Assembly (NCBI GenBank): GCA_963789265.1
Contig: CAWBKB010000001.1
Coordinates: 928,001 to 992,000 of the forward strand
Direction: 5' to 3'
Origin: an uncultured delta proteobacterium
GTDB taxonomy: Bacteria > Desulfobacterota > Desulfomonilia > Desulfomonilales > Desulfomonilaceae
DNA length: 64,000 nt
Shown here piece by piece: positions 1 to 10,252 of the stretch. Numbering within the stretch: position 1 is the stretch's first letter; every line of letters begins with the position of its first letter. The notes under the pieces were generated by a model, which saw only the letters and a list, made by a program, of their open reading frames with translations, ran no database searches and had not been told where the DNA came from. The position numbers and the translations under genes are program-made.

Positions 1-490
1 TGAATTGGACTTACCGTGACAAGACTGCGTGTATCTCAAGGGCTTTGAGCCCGAATTCGGCAGATTTCGCATTCGGCGAGCAGGTTTTCCGGGAAACGCT
101 GCGACGAAGAATTGTAATCCCGAAAAGCGGCTATCACTCCTTTCAGTTCGCTGAACATCGATGCTGGGTGCAGCGATATTCAACGAATAGACGCAACTAG
201 TCAAGTCATAAAAACTTATCAAAGTATAAGTCAAACTTATGGCGTGACCGACAGAGAGTTCCGTTAGGGTCATCATGGGCCTAATGACCGGGACACGCCG
301 ATAAGTAAAGGGATATAACCTGTAATCTCTTCTCGATAGCGATTTTCAAAAGTAATCACGGAAAAGGAATGATTTGGTGGCGACGCCCCGCGCGGATCGT
401 GGGGCTGCCCGTCCATCAGCGACAGGCTGCTAGCACCAGGCCCGAAGCGCCATCTGGTTGTACCGTAATATTACTGTCGAAGTCACTCCT

Positions 491-2767
491 CTACAATTCC
501 ACACCGAGGCGTTCCCAAACCGATTCTCCCTCTTCGATACCCACCGGTTTCAGGTGCCGATAGGTGGTGAACAGAAAATAGAGCAGCGGCAAGACTCCGA
601 AGATGATGACAATCAGGTCGGGCACAACACGGAAGGTGGTCAGCGTCATAACAATGGGTCTTTCAAAAAACGAAGCATCCTTGGCCACCCACAACGCCTG
701 AGAGAAGCACGTCCACACCTGGAGCAATCCCACCGGAAACAGGGTCGCTGCCATCATGAGTAACAAGCCGCCGTTGAACCCCCAAAATGACATCTTGAGC
801 ATGCGATTGTTCCAATGGTCCTTGTCCACCATGCCTCTCCAGGAAAACAACAGCAAGGCTATGGAGAGCATTCCGTACACTCCGAACAAGGCTCCGTGTG
901 CATGGTTGACTGTTAGATATGTCCCGTGCTCGTAGTAGTTGGCAAGTGGAAGATTGTTCAAGAAGCCAAAGACACCGGCGCCGAGGAAGTTCCAGAACGA
1001 TGAGGCTCCCAGGAAGAACAGAGGCCATTTGTACGGGAATGCCTCTCCTTTTCGACGGACCTCCCTATATTCGATCAGGCCGCGAACCACAAGTCCCAAT
1101 AGCGGGATCGGCTCAAGGGATGAAAATACCGATCCTATTGCAAGCCAGAGGGAAGGTTGGCCGAACCAGAAGAAGTGGTGAGCCGTACCGAGAATCCCAC
1201 CCAAAAAGACGAGAGCAATTGTGAAGTAGGCCACTGTGAGAGCTGCTTTTGCGGTGGCCAATCCCATTGTCACCAGCAGCAAGGCGATTACCGCTATGCC
1301 AAAAAACTCAAAGATGCTTTCAACCCATATATGAACCACAAACCATCGCCAGTAATCGGCGAGGGTTAAATGAGTTCCTCTCCCGTACAGAAGGCCAAAT
1401 CCAAAAAATGCGACAACTAGGACAGCACTGATAACGTACAAAACGATGAGTGCATTGAAATCGTCCTTGTGCCCCAGTTTGAAGTGATGCCTGATAGGGC
1501 GGTACACGATGAAAAGCCATGCAATGAGGCCGATGTAAAGAATGATCTGCCACGCCCGGCCAAGCTCCAGATATTCCCAGCCCTGATGGCCGAACCAGAA
1601 CCACCAATCGCCAAGAAGATGCTTGATTCCCGCAACTTCTCCCAGGAGACTCCCACCAGCTACGATGAGGATCGCGGCAAAAAGTAGCTGAACCAAGGTC
1701 CCTTGACGTCTGGGCTCTATCCCGCCAATCACAGGAGCAATATATATTGCTGAGGCAATCCAGGTGGTTAGTATCCAGAATATAGCCAACTGGAGGTGCC
1801 ACGTCTTGGCCCAATTGTATGGCATCCACTTTGCCACTATCTGGAGGTAAAAGCTCGCCGGATGAACGGTGTAGTGCGCCAGAAGTCCGCCCATGCAGGT
1901 CTGTGCAAGGAATAGAAGGACAACCACGAGAAAGTATTTCGCGGCTTTGTGCTGGCTGGAAGTCAAAGGCATGTCAATCAGCCGGTCGCCCAAGGGAACC
2001 CCTTTGGCCGCTCCGTACCACAGGCCGTAGTAGTGGACAAAGAAAACGAAGATCCCTGCCACTATGAGGAAGGATAGGAGCCCACCAAGCGTCCACAGGT
2101 AGGTTGAAGTGGTAGGGACGTTGCCCACGCTTCGGTCTGCCGGCCAATTGTTGGTGTACGTGTATTTCGTACCAGGTCGATTTGTTGAGGCAACCCACGC
2201 TGTCCAGAAGAAGAAGCGCCCTATTTCAAGCCTCTGCTTCTGTGAGTCGATTGTGTGGGGCAAGAATCCGTACCGTTTTTCCCCGTTCTTGAACGTATCT
2301 TCCCAGTGGCGCTCAACAGCTTTGAGCCCTGAGACCTGAGCATCGGTAAGGGTCAGTGTGTCGCTCGCAGGGTCATAGCGATTCTGTCTGATTTCGTGGA
2401 TGGCTTTGACGCCAACCAGGTCCTTTTGGAGGTCGTCCAACTCGGAATAGGGTTTTCCATAATCTTTTTGGGCAATGGAACCCCTTACTTCTTCGCTGAT
2501 TAAATGCAGGCTGGCAGCCGAGAATTCAGGTCCTCTCTGGGTGCCGTGTCCCCACACCATACCCTGATCCATAAGGCCGTAGCTCTGAAAGACATCTTGC
2601 CCCTCAAGGATGTCCTGTTTGGTGAATAATACCGCGCCGTCCGGTCCCACAACTTTTCCGGGATAGGGGGCGAGTTGGTGAATCGTAGTCAGCCCGCCAA
2701 TGATAAGAATGGTCAGAGTAATAACAAAGCACAAAATAGCGGCCCATTTGAGCCCTCGTAGTGACAT
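491..2767 (-). CDS. norB: Quinol-dependent nitric oxide reductase (qNor, single subunit)
   Basis: Multi-TM heme-copper oxidase superfamily motifs: TWHLQLAIFW, WRWFVVHIWVESIFEFF, GTAHHFFW, HAHGALFGVYG, N-terminal GMVWGHG. Start moved to ATG 2767, 6 nt after GGAGGAGG. Confidence 0.9.
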   Translation of the reverse strand: MSLRGLKWAAILCFVITLTILIIGGLTTIHQLAPYPGKVVGPDGAVLFTKQDILEGQDVFQSYGLMDQGMVWGHGTQRGPEFSAASLHLISEEVRGSIAQKDYGKPYSELDDLQKDLVGVKAIHEIRQNRYDPASDTLTLTDAQVSGLKAVERHWEDTFKNGEKRYGFLPHTIDSQKQRLEIGRFFFWTAWVASTNRPGTKYTYTNNWPADRSVGNVPTTSTYLWTLGGLLSFLIVAGIFVFFVHYYGLWYGAAKGVPLGDRLIDMPLTSSQHKAAKYFLVVVLLFLAQTCMGGLLAHYTVHPASFYLQIVAKWMPYNWAKTWHLQLAIFWILTTWIASAIYIAPVIGGIEPRRQGTLVQLLFAAILIVAGGSLLGEVAGIKHLLGDWWFWFGHQGWEYLELGRAWQIILYIGLIAWLFIVYRPIRHHFKLGHKDDFNALIVLYVISAVLVVAFFGFGLLYGRGTHLTLADYWRWFVVHIWVESIFEFFGIAVIALLLVTMGLATAKAALTVAYFTIALVFLGGILGTAHHFFWFGQPSLWLAIGSVFSSLEPIPLLGLVVRGLIEYREVRRKGEAFPYKWPLFFLGASSFWNFLGAGVFGFLNNLPLANYYEHGTYLTVNHAHGALFGVYGMLSIALLLFSWRGMVDKDHWNNRMLKMSFWGFNGGLLLMMAATLFPVGLLQVWTCFSQALWVAKDASFFERPIVMTLTTFRVVPDLIVIIFGVLPLLYFLFTTYRHLKPVGIEEGESVWERLGVEL

Positions 2768-2893
2768 CGGCATCCTCCTCCATACTGACTCTAATCCCCT
2801 GGCGGGAGCGACCGCCGGATACGTCCCGCGGACCGGAAATGCGACCGAAGCCACTGTCATGCAAGCGGTCGAGCCTTCACTTTTGACAGGTGA

Positions 2894-4576
2894 TCATTTT
2901 TCCTCGTTCTTAGCGGCCTTGACCTGGTCCATCCTCCGTAGTTCTTTGCGGAGGATCTTTCCTACCGCGCTCTTTGGCAGCTCTTTAACGAATTCCACGT
3001 ATTTGGGAACCTTGTACTTGACCAGATTTTCCTTGCAATAGTCGATAATTTCAATTGGTGTGGCCGTTTCCCCTTCCTTAAGAACAATGTATGCCTTGAT
3101 GCGCTCACCGGAATAAGCGTCGGGAACGCCTATGGCACAGGCTTCCAGGACCTTTGGATGAGAGAACAGCACCTCGTCCACATCCCTCGGATAGATATTG
3201 AAGCCTCCCGAGATTATCATATCCTTCTTGCGGTCCACGATACTGAAGTAGCCTTCTTCATCCACGATCGCGATGTCTCCCGTCAGGAGCCAGCCGTCTC
3301 TCAGGGTTATTGCCGTCTCGTCCGGGCGATTTATATACCCTTTCATGATCTGCGGACCCTTTAGACAAAGTTCCCCAGCTTCGCCCGAGGTCGTGATTTC
3401 TTTATTGTAATCGTCCACATCCACCAACTTGGCCTCAGTGTTGGATACCGGTAGGCCTATCGTGCCGGGCTTCGTCTTTGCGCCGTACGGATTGATGTGT
3501 GTCACGGGCGAAGTTTCGGTAAGGCCGTAACCTTCGCAAATCTGCGCACCGGTGAGCCTCTCGAAGCTCCTTAAAGTTTCCAGCGGAAGCGGAGCCCCGC
3601 CGGAAAAACACCCTTTGAGAGACTTTAGACTGTACTTCTTGAGCTGGGGGAAGTTGATCATTCCGTTGTACAGCGTAGGAACTGCCGGCATGAACGTGGC
3701 CTTGTACCTGTCTATGGCATCCAAAATCGTCTTGGGTTCCGGCTTGGGGATCAAGACGTCCGCGTATGCTTTATAGATCCCAATGTTCATGGCGGAGGTC
3801 ATTCCGAAGGAATGGAAGAACGGCAGGCAGCCGACCACGATCTCGCCCCCCGGCTCGAAATCTGGAAACCACGCCGCAGATTGCTGAACATTACATGACA
3901 GATTTGCATGGGTCAGCTCGACGCCTTTTGACACACCGGTCGTACCGCCTGTATATAGCAGCACGGCAGTGCTCTCCCATTTCAGCTTCGGGGGATCGGT
4001 AACAGGCGGATACTTCTTGATGAGGTCCATGAATTCGAGCACATCGGTAGCCGCGGGGGTCTTGAGGTGCATACTTTTTTTGACAAATGGAAAGAGTTGC
4101 TTGAGAGGAAAGGGCAGGAAATCTCGGATGTGGCAAGAAATTATCTTCTTTATCCCAGTCTTCTGCCTCAAATTGATCATCCGCGGGAGCAGGACATCCA
4201 GGCAAACCAGAAACGTAGACCCAGAATCATTATATTGGTGCTCCAGCTCCCGGTCCGTGTAAAGAGGGTTGTTCATCGCGACGACCGCGCCCGCGCGAAA
4301 CGTTCCGTAAATCGCGACCACCGTCTGGACGAGATTAGGGAGGAGTAGGGCCACCTTATCGCCCGGACTCACTCCCAGAGCTATCAGTCCGGACGCAAAT
4401 CTGGACACCATGTCGTCCAGTTGTCGGAAAGTCACGGTAGTCCCCTCGAACAGAAGCCCCGGGTTGTCGGGAAAACTCTGGGCTGTTCGCGCGAGTGCTT
4501 CCGACAGCGTTATTTTCTCGAAGTCGATCTCGGCAGGAACGTCATGGTGGTAGTATTTCAGCCACGTCTTTTCCAT
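2894..4576 (-). CDS. fadD: Long-chain fatty acid--CoA ligase
   Basis: AMP-binding motifs YTGGTTGVSKG, EGYGLTETSP, TGD, DRKKDMII, LPKSAVGKILR. Confidence 0.88.
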   Translation of the reverse strand: MEKTWLKYYHHDVPAEIDFEKITLSEALARTAQSFPDNPGLLFEGTTVTFRQLDDMVSRFASGLIALGVSPGDKVALLLPNLVQTVVAIYGTFRAGAVVAMNNPLYTDRELEHQYNDSGSTFLVCLDVLLPRMINLRQKTGIKKIISCHIRDFLPFPLKQLFPFVKKSMHLKTPAATDVLEFMDLIKKYPPVTDPPKLKWESTAVLLYTGGTTGVSKGVELTHANLSCNVQQSAAWFPDFEPGGEIVVGCLPFFHSFGMTSAMNIGIYKAYADVLIPKPEPKTILDAIDRYKATFMPAVPTLYNGMINFPQLKKYSLKSLKGCFSGGAPLPLETLRSFERLTGAQICEGYGLTETSPVTHINPYGAKTKPGTIGLPVSNTEAKLVDVDDYNKEITTSGEAGELCLKGPQIMKGYINRPDETAITLRDGWLLTGDIAIVDEEGYFSIVDRKKDMIISGGFNIYPRDVDEVLFSHPKVLEACAIGVPDAYSGERIKAYIVLKEGETATPIEIIDYCKENLVKYKVPKYVEFVKELPKSAVGKILRKELRRMDQVKAAKNEEK

Positions 4577-4849
4577 TGAAATGCTCCTCTTTAGCTCTGT
4601 ACGAGCGAAATAATAGGTCTAATTGACACAGAATGAAGAACTCCTTAACAGTATTCTTACACATACGCATGTAGATCCCCAAATAAAAAAATGGGTCCTC
4701 GAAGGTGCTCCAAGACGAATATCTTGCGAGACGGCATCGTGGTCGGGTACTCAAGGTTCCCCTTCATCGGATGCAAAAAAACGCATTTGTGGAAGCGTCC
4801 AGGGTTTGGTAGCGTCTTCTTGGAGCAAGGGATGATATACTCCGGCATT

Positions 4850-5398
4850 ATGTTCAAAATAATTCTTCGCGAAATCTTGGTCCTGCTGCTGTCCTTGGCC
4901 GTGTTTCCCGCGGCTGTGGTCCTGCTCCTGATTTTCAGTGATTCCCTTGACATCGGGCTATCCTTCTTAGCGCAGGAATACGGACTTTTGGGGGGGATGG
5001 GCCCGGGCGGCAGCGTGGTTGCCCTATGGGTCAAATGGTTCGCCCCATATCTGGTGTTGCAAGCCATCCGTGGATTTCTTTGGTCACAACGCAGCCTCAA
5101 CGGTAGAAGATGGGCGAATCTCTATTTCTCAGCGTTGACTGCATCCGTGGCAGCATGGTCGGTGTGGAGGATGTGGGACCTGTTCTATTTCATGTACGCT
5201 CTGGGAGATATGCCCGCCCAACTGATGCAATTCTTTCAAATGGAAGCCCGTGATATTCTGACATTCATCGGGTGTGTCATTCTCGTTGTATATTGCTTCA
5301 GCATCTTTCTCCACCCGGAAAGAAAGCGAAACCGTTCGATTGGCCAACCTAAAGATGCGCCTGGCAATTTCCGATCAGAGCGTGACCGTGGAAGTTGA
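4850..5398 (+). CDS. Hypothetical membrane protein
   Basis: About four hydrophobic segments; start at MFKIILRE (ATG 4850) is a guess; no family recognised. Confidence 0.55.
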   Translation: MFKIILREILVLLLSLAVFPAAVVLLLIFSDSLDIGLSFLAQEYGLLGGMGPGGSVVALWVKWFAPYLVLQAIRGFLWSQRSLNGRRWANLYFSALTASVAAWSVWRMWDLFYFMYALGDMPAQLMQFFQMEARDILTFIGCVILVVYCFSIFLHPERKRNRSIGQPKDAPGNFRSERDRGS

Positions 5399-5478
5399 GC
5401 CATCCGCGTAAAAGCGTGGCGCGAGGCATTGCGGAATCTAGCATTCGCAGCGCGCCGAGTCGTGGATCGCTCCGAGTT

Positions 5479-6114
5479 CTAGGCCGGCTTTACGAAATTT
5501 ATCGTAAAGGCCCACCAGTTGCCGTACTGGTGTTTCAGATGAAAACCGGCGGCTTCAGCTAAAGCGCGGACAGTATCGCGTGCCTGATAGTGAGGGTCAG
5601 GGAATATCTCTGTGATGGACAGCACTCCCCCCGGTTTCAGCAAGTCGTAAATTTCACGAAGCGCGGCTTCGCGGTCGGGAATCTCGCCCAGGACTGTCAC
5701 CAACAAAGCCAGGTCGAAGGCGTTGGATTCCACATTCCCCTGACCGATGCCACCCAAGACGGTACGGATGTTGGTTAGGCCGGATGCCGCGATTCGAGTT
5801 CCCAGTTTTCGCAGCATCGCCTCCTGAACGTCGAGGGCTACGACTTCACCTTCCGGCCCCAATTGACGGGCCACGGGAATAGTCAGGCGGCCGGGCCCAC
5901 ATCCTGCATCGAGCACACGCATGCCCGGCTTCAGATCAAGCAATTCCAGTTGTGGGTGACTGGTCCTCACGCCTCCGGTGATCGGGTTTTCCAGCAGCCA
6001 AGCCAACCATACAGGGCAAGGCAAAAAACGGCGCCTTGACGCGTAACGCCACCACAGGCTGATTCCCACCAGACCGATGATTACGACTGCAACGATGAGC
6101 GCTGCGATTTTCAT
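5479..6114 (-). CDS. Class I SAM-dependent methyltransferase with N-terminal TM anchor
   Basis: VLDAGCGPG motif I, LKPGG post-II motif, hydrophobic N-terminus. Confidence 0.85.
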   Translation of the reverse strand: MKIAALIVAVVIIGLVGISLWWRYASRRRFLPCPVWLAWLLENPITGGVRTSHPQLELLDLKPGMRVLDAGCGPGRLTIPVARQLGPEGEVVALDVQEAMLRKLGTRIAASGLTNIRTVLGGIGQGNVESNAFDLALLVTVLGEIPDREAALREIYDLLKPGGVLSITEIFPDPHYQARDTVRALAEAAGFHLKHQYGNWWAFTINFVKPA

Positions 6115-6155
6115 CTGTGTTTTCGAATGCTATTTCGCGCTTGATTGACGGAACT

Positions 6156-8288
6156 TCAAAGAATCTTCATCTTTTCGTTAATCAATTTAAGCATGGCAAC
6201 GTTATCGGTATGGCCTGTCTGCTTCGCCACTATTTTGCCGCGGATGGGCCGTCCCAACAGATAAAAATCTCCTATGATATCTAATATCTTATGGCGAACG
6301 AACTCATCAGGAAATCTGAGGGGTGGGTTCACGACTTTCTCCTCGTCCAGAAGCACCACGTTGGAAAGCCTTCCCCCACTGGCAAGCCCCATCTCATCCA
6401 TCATGCGCATATCCTTCACAAATCCGAAGGTCCGAGCGGGCGCGATCTCACGTTTGAAGTCCTCCGAGCCGACGCAGCGGTAAACCATGCTCATCTTGCC
6501 TATAGGTTTAGGATAATCGAGGATATATTCAATCTCGAAGAAATCTGAAGGCTCAACCCTAATGCTCTTGGTGTTACCCGGCGGCCGAGGGAGTTCCATG
6601 GGCTCGCCGATGACGATCTCCTCAACTGTCTCGTCCTGGGTGATGATTTCCGCGCTCTCCACTAGATTACAGAACTCGAGGGCCGAACCATCCATGATCG
6701 GTACTTCACCGGATATCTTCACGAGCACGTTTGTCAGGCCGTAGATATGAAAAACGGCCATAAGGTGCTCAATGGTGCGGGCGGCTAAGCCGTCACGACG
6801 CAGACACGTCGATAGTTCAGTTGACTCCACATTGCTCAGAACAGCCGGCAAGGTCCCGCCCGAGTTGATATGTCCGAACAAAATACCGCTAAAAGGAGGC
6901 AGCGGAGAAATGGTCAGACCGGTCTTAACTCCGGAGTGGAGCCCTTGGCCGTACTTAACCACCCGGCCTCTGAGCGTCTTTTGTTGATGGAACGGGCTGA
7001 GCCCGGGAGTCAACTTCGAGCGTGGCCGGCGGGTCGTTCCGATCAAAGGAGCGCGGTCCGGAATCGACTGTTCCGCGGACACTTGGTCAGAGGTACCTAA
7101 TGAAGTGGGAGAATGCGTGGAATCCCGAGAAGTTTCCCGTTCCCCGGGAATGAGCAGGTCGCCGGCGGTGATTCGAGGCCCGGGCGCAGTCATTACCACG
7201 TGCTCAATGAGGATCTTCAGTTCCTTCACATTCCCCGGCCACGAATACGAAAGAAGGCGCTCCATTGCGTCGTCATCCGTGCCGTTGATGTTTCTATCGA
7301 ACTCTTCAATCGCTTCCTTGAGAAAGTGATTTACAAACAAGGGGATGTCTTCGGCGCGTTCGCTAAGTGTGGGGAGTCTGATGATCCGCTGGGCAAGTCT
7401 GTCCGCGAGATCAGGCGGGAAATCGTCATCCCTAACAAGAGTTTCAGCATCTATCGTGGAGGTCGAAATTATCCGAAATCGAGAAGCTCCTCGGGAGCCG
7501 GCCCAGGTGTCCGGCCCGAAGTGATCCCGAAGAATTTTGTCCAGAGGCTCCCTCAGACGCTTGTCGAGGCGGTCTATTCTCACGAGGAGCAGCGTTCCGC
7601 GCGCCGCTTGCAGCATCTTTCCGGTTCTCTGATTGTTAGAGCCGTTGCTTTTGCCAATAAGTATATCCCGGATATTGTCGGGGCCAAGATCGGGGCAGCG
7701 AACCTTGACGAGGCTGTGCCGGTCCTTGCCTTCCAAATAATGAATGGTCCTTGCCAAGAACTCCTTGCCCGTACCCTTGTCACCCGTTAGCCATACGGCC
7801 CCGCCTTCCGTAGCAGCGTTTTCAAGGGCTCGCCTGAGCGCCGCGGCCTTGGAAGAGGCACCTATCAGTTGACTGGGACTCGACCCATTCCCCTGTCCCG
7901 AGCGTTTCGCAGACGAGCGGCTCGAAATAGCCGTTTGGACAAGATGGAGCACGTCTTCCAGGTTGAGAGGCTTTTCCAGATAGTCGGTGGCACCAAGCTT
8001 GATTGCTTTTACAGCAGTTTCGATGGTGCCATGGCCGCTCATCATGATGACCGAGCACTTTGGGTCGATCCTCTTGATGGCCTTCAAGGTCTGCATACCG
8101 TCGATTCCCGGGATCCATATATCGAGGAAGACCACATCAGGGGAGTCGCTTTGAACGACGTGCAGTGCTTCCTGGCCGTCGCGAACCTTGATCAGCTCAT
8201 GCCCCTCATCGGCAAGGATCGCTCCTAGCGAATCAAGGATCTCCTGCTGGTCGTCAACTATGAGTACTCTTCCCTTATTCATAATCAT
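6156..8288 (-). CDS. lpxC: Fusion: response-regulator receiver + degenerate sigma54-type AAA+ domain + UDP-3-O-acyl-GlcNAc deacetylase
   Basis: Receiver (IVDD, LDIW, SGHG, EKP); Walker A GDKGTGKE and WPGNVKEL; C-terminal LpxC motifs GQGLHSG, TIEHLMA, PIMDGSA, APARTFGF, RHKILDIIGD, GH. One uninterrupted ORF. Confidence 0.88.
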   Translation of the reverse strand: MIMNKGRVLIVDDQQEILDSLGAILADEGHELIKVRDGQEALHVVQSDSPDVVFLDIWIPGIDGMQTLKAIKRIDPKCSVIMMSGHGTIETAVKAIKLGATDYLEKPLNLEDVLHLVQTAISSRSSAKRSGQGNGSSPSQLIGASSKAAALRRALENAATEGGAVWLTGDKGTGKEFLARTIHYLEGKDRHSLVKVRCPDLGPDNIRDILIGKSNGSNNQRTGKMLQAARGTLLLVRIDRLDKRLREPLDKILRDHFGPDTWAGSRGASRFRIISTSTIDAETLVRDDDFPPDLADRLAQRIIRLPTLSERAEDIPLFVNHFLKEAIEEFDRNINGTDDDAMERLLSYSWPGNVKELKILIEHVVMTAPGPRITAGDLLIPGERETSRDSTHSPTSLGTSDQVSAEQSIPDRAPLIGTTRRPRSKLTPGLSPFHQQKTLRGRVVKYGQGLHSGVKTGLTISPLPPFSGILFGHINSGGTLPAVLSNVESTELSTCLRRDGLAARTIEHLMAVFHIYGLTNVLVKISGEVPIMDGSALEFCNLVESAEIITQDETVEEIVIGEPMELPRPPGNTKSIRVEPSDFFEIEYILDYPKPIGKMSMVYRCVGSEDFKREIAPARTFGFVKDMRMMDEMGLASGGRLSNVVLLDEEKVVNPPLRFPDEFVRHKILDIIGDFYLLGRPIRGKIVAKQTGHTDNVAMLKLINEKMKIL

Positions 8289-8369
8289 CGAATATTAGCT
8301 TTACGGAGTCCTTCAGGCAACCCCAAAATAGAGATGGACCGGAAATAAACTCTTGTTCATCTGTTATCT

Positions 8370-8543
8370 TCACCGCTGAGATCGCAGAGCACGCTGAGGA
8401 ACCCGTTTGTAACTTTCTGTAACTCAAGGGTCGTGTCGTATGTGGCGCTGCGATATTTGAAAATCTTTATCGGCGGGCCAGGGTATCCAAATGCTTATGG
8501 GTCTTGTGCAAGCCATTCTTCTTCTCCGCAATCTCAGCGGTGA
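8370..8543. repeat. REP-like inverted pair (CACCGCwGAG family)
   Basis: TCACCGCTGAGATCGCAGAG ... CTCCGCAATCTCAGCGGTGA; related arms at about 50883-51067. Confidence 0.6.
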
Positions 8544-8571
8544 AGCCATTTTCCCCGATGACCGGTCGCGA

Positions 8572-8913
8572 TCATTGAGATCGAGTGGTCAAAGAGTCGG
8601 CAGTTTCGCTCTTAGACGGGGCCATGGCTTGTGCCGACGATGTGTACGCCAGGAGATGCTCAAACCGCCGAGAATCCCCGATCGGAAAATGCGACGCGCC
8701 GGCGTTGGGCATGATTAGCGACGTCGTTGCCGCGGATACGGCGTACGCCCCTCGTGCCTTGGTGCCCGCAAACTCGGCGGCAACGACCACAAGCTTGGGA
8801 TCGAAGGCCCCACCTGCACGCCGGATAAATTGCCGGATTTCAGATCGAAAGCAGCCACCCCACAAGACTGCACATCCTAGTATACAAAGACACGTGACAA
8901 TGATTCTTCTCAT
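8572..8913 (-). CDS. Possible exported or lipoprotein-like hypothetical protein
   Basis: GGGAGA upstream of ATG; MRR then hydrophobic stretch ending WGGC; no family recognised. Confidence 0.3.
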   Translation of the reverse strand: MRRIIVTCLCILGCAVLWGGCFRSEIRQFIRRAGGAFDPKLVVVAAEFAGTKARGAYAVSAATTSLIMPNAGASHFPIGDSRRFEHLLAYTSSAQAMAPSKSETADSLTTRSQ

Positions 8914-9258
8914 GAGCTTCTCCCGGAGATTGACTCTTGGGCCGGATTTTGAGGTCAATCCCGGACAGTCTTATACATTGTATGTACTTTATTATCAAGA
9001 TATTATGATGATAATGTCATGTAATTAAGAGATACCCAGGCCGGTCTTCTCTGAGCGTACCACAAAAAGCTACAACAATTGCAAATAGTTCTGTCCGATC
9101 TGCCTCGTGATGCGGCGATGACCGGGGCGAATGCCATTCGCCATCACTTGACAACCGAAGACTCCATGACCAAAAAAAGACCAGAGTTTAACTCAAAAGG
9201 TAAATCCAGCCCCGTATCGGGGAATATCACCATATCAGGAAAAAAAGGAGGCGCGACC

Positions 9259-9732
9259 ATGTTCGAATTGAAACCGTGGAGACGCAAAGAAGGAGAGACC
9301 GGTGCCATCGACGCTCCTGTGCTCTTCCGCCGCGAATTTGATGACCTTATCGAAAGATTTTTTGATAGGGAGCCGATGATTTCGCAAGGTCTCTTCACTC
9401 GGGGCTTTGCGCCGGCCATTGACGTCTACGAGACGGACAACGATATCGTGGTACAAGCTGAGATTCCCGGTATGGAACCGAACGATTTGGACGTGAATTT
9501 AGCTGGAGATGTCCTGACTATCAAGGGCGAAAAGAAAGGGGAGCACGAAGAGAGAGGTGAGAATTTCCACCGAATCGAGCGATCTTACGGCAGTTTTTCG
9601 CGCTCGATTTCCCTGCCCTGTGAGGTCGAGCAGGACCGGGTGGACGCGAGCTACAAAAACGGCGTCCTTCATCTGACGCTTCCCAAGAGTGAAAACTGCA
9701 AGAAGAGAGCCGTCAAGATAACCGTCCATTAA
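9259..9732 (+). CDS. Hsp20/alpha-crystallin small heat shock protein
   Basis: PAIDVYE, AEIPG, ERSYGSFSRSISLP, ASYKNGVLHLTLPK; AAGGAGG RBS before ATG 9259. Confidence 0.92.
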   Translation: MFELKPWRRKEGETGAIDAPVLFRREFDDLIERFFDREPMISQGLFTRGFAPAIDVYETDNDIVVQAEIPGMEPNDLDVNLAGDVLTIKGEKKGEHEERGENFHRIERSYGSFSRSISLPCEVEQDRVDASYKNGVLHLTLPKSENCKKRAVKITVH

Positions 9733-9763
9733 TTGACAACTGATTGACAATTGTAAATTGGCG

Positions 9764-9807
9764 GACTCTGCAAGTCGTGCGACCGCGCGGTTGCAGAGTT
9801 TTGTTTT
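9764..9807 (+). terminator. Rho-independent terminator after hsp20
   Basis: GACTCTGCAA ... TTGCAGAGTT stem followed by TTGTTTT. Confidence 0.6.
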
Positions 9808-10055
9808 GGCTGACTTGAGGTTGCGAGATTCTTTGATTTTTGAAAATCAGGAATAATTGCAGTTCGACTTCAAGCAAGTGACAAAGAGCCCTTGGTAGGG
9901 TGGTAATGCCCGCCTATAGTGCGTCATGCTCGCGTACGCGGGCATCCAGCACCGGCCTCCGTGCCGGTGAAGACTTCTCTCGAGAGTCGCTCTATAGCTG
10001 TTTTCAAAAGTTCTCACAATTAAGTTTGGAATCCAACAAATGTGGCTCGTGTCCT

Positions 10056-10127
<72 letters not shown>

Positions 10128-10252
10128 CAAGCCAATTCGTGATTACTTTCGAGAACTGTCAAGAGCAAAAAAAACTTGTGGTTCCTTGGGACTACCCATA
10201 TCATTCCAAATCATCTCCTTCTTAAGGCTCTTCTAACGAAGGAATTGTCCCT

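Noticed and set aside
491..2767. NO dismutase (Nod) instead of qNor
   Set aside because: The His ligands and Glu residues (HIWVE, FEFF, GTAHH, SSLEP) look canonical for qNor.
9147..9167. HspR HAIR-like operator upstream of hsp20 (CTTGACA-N7-ACTCCAT)
   Set aside because: Only 10 of 14 positions match; too weak without comparative data.
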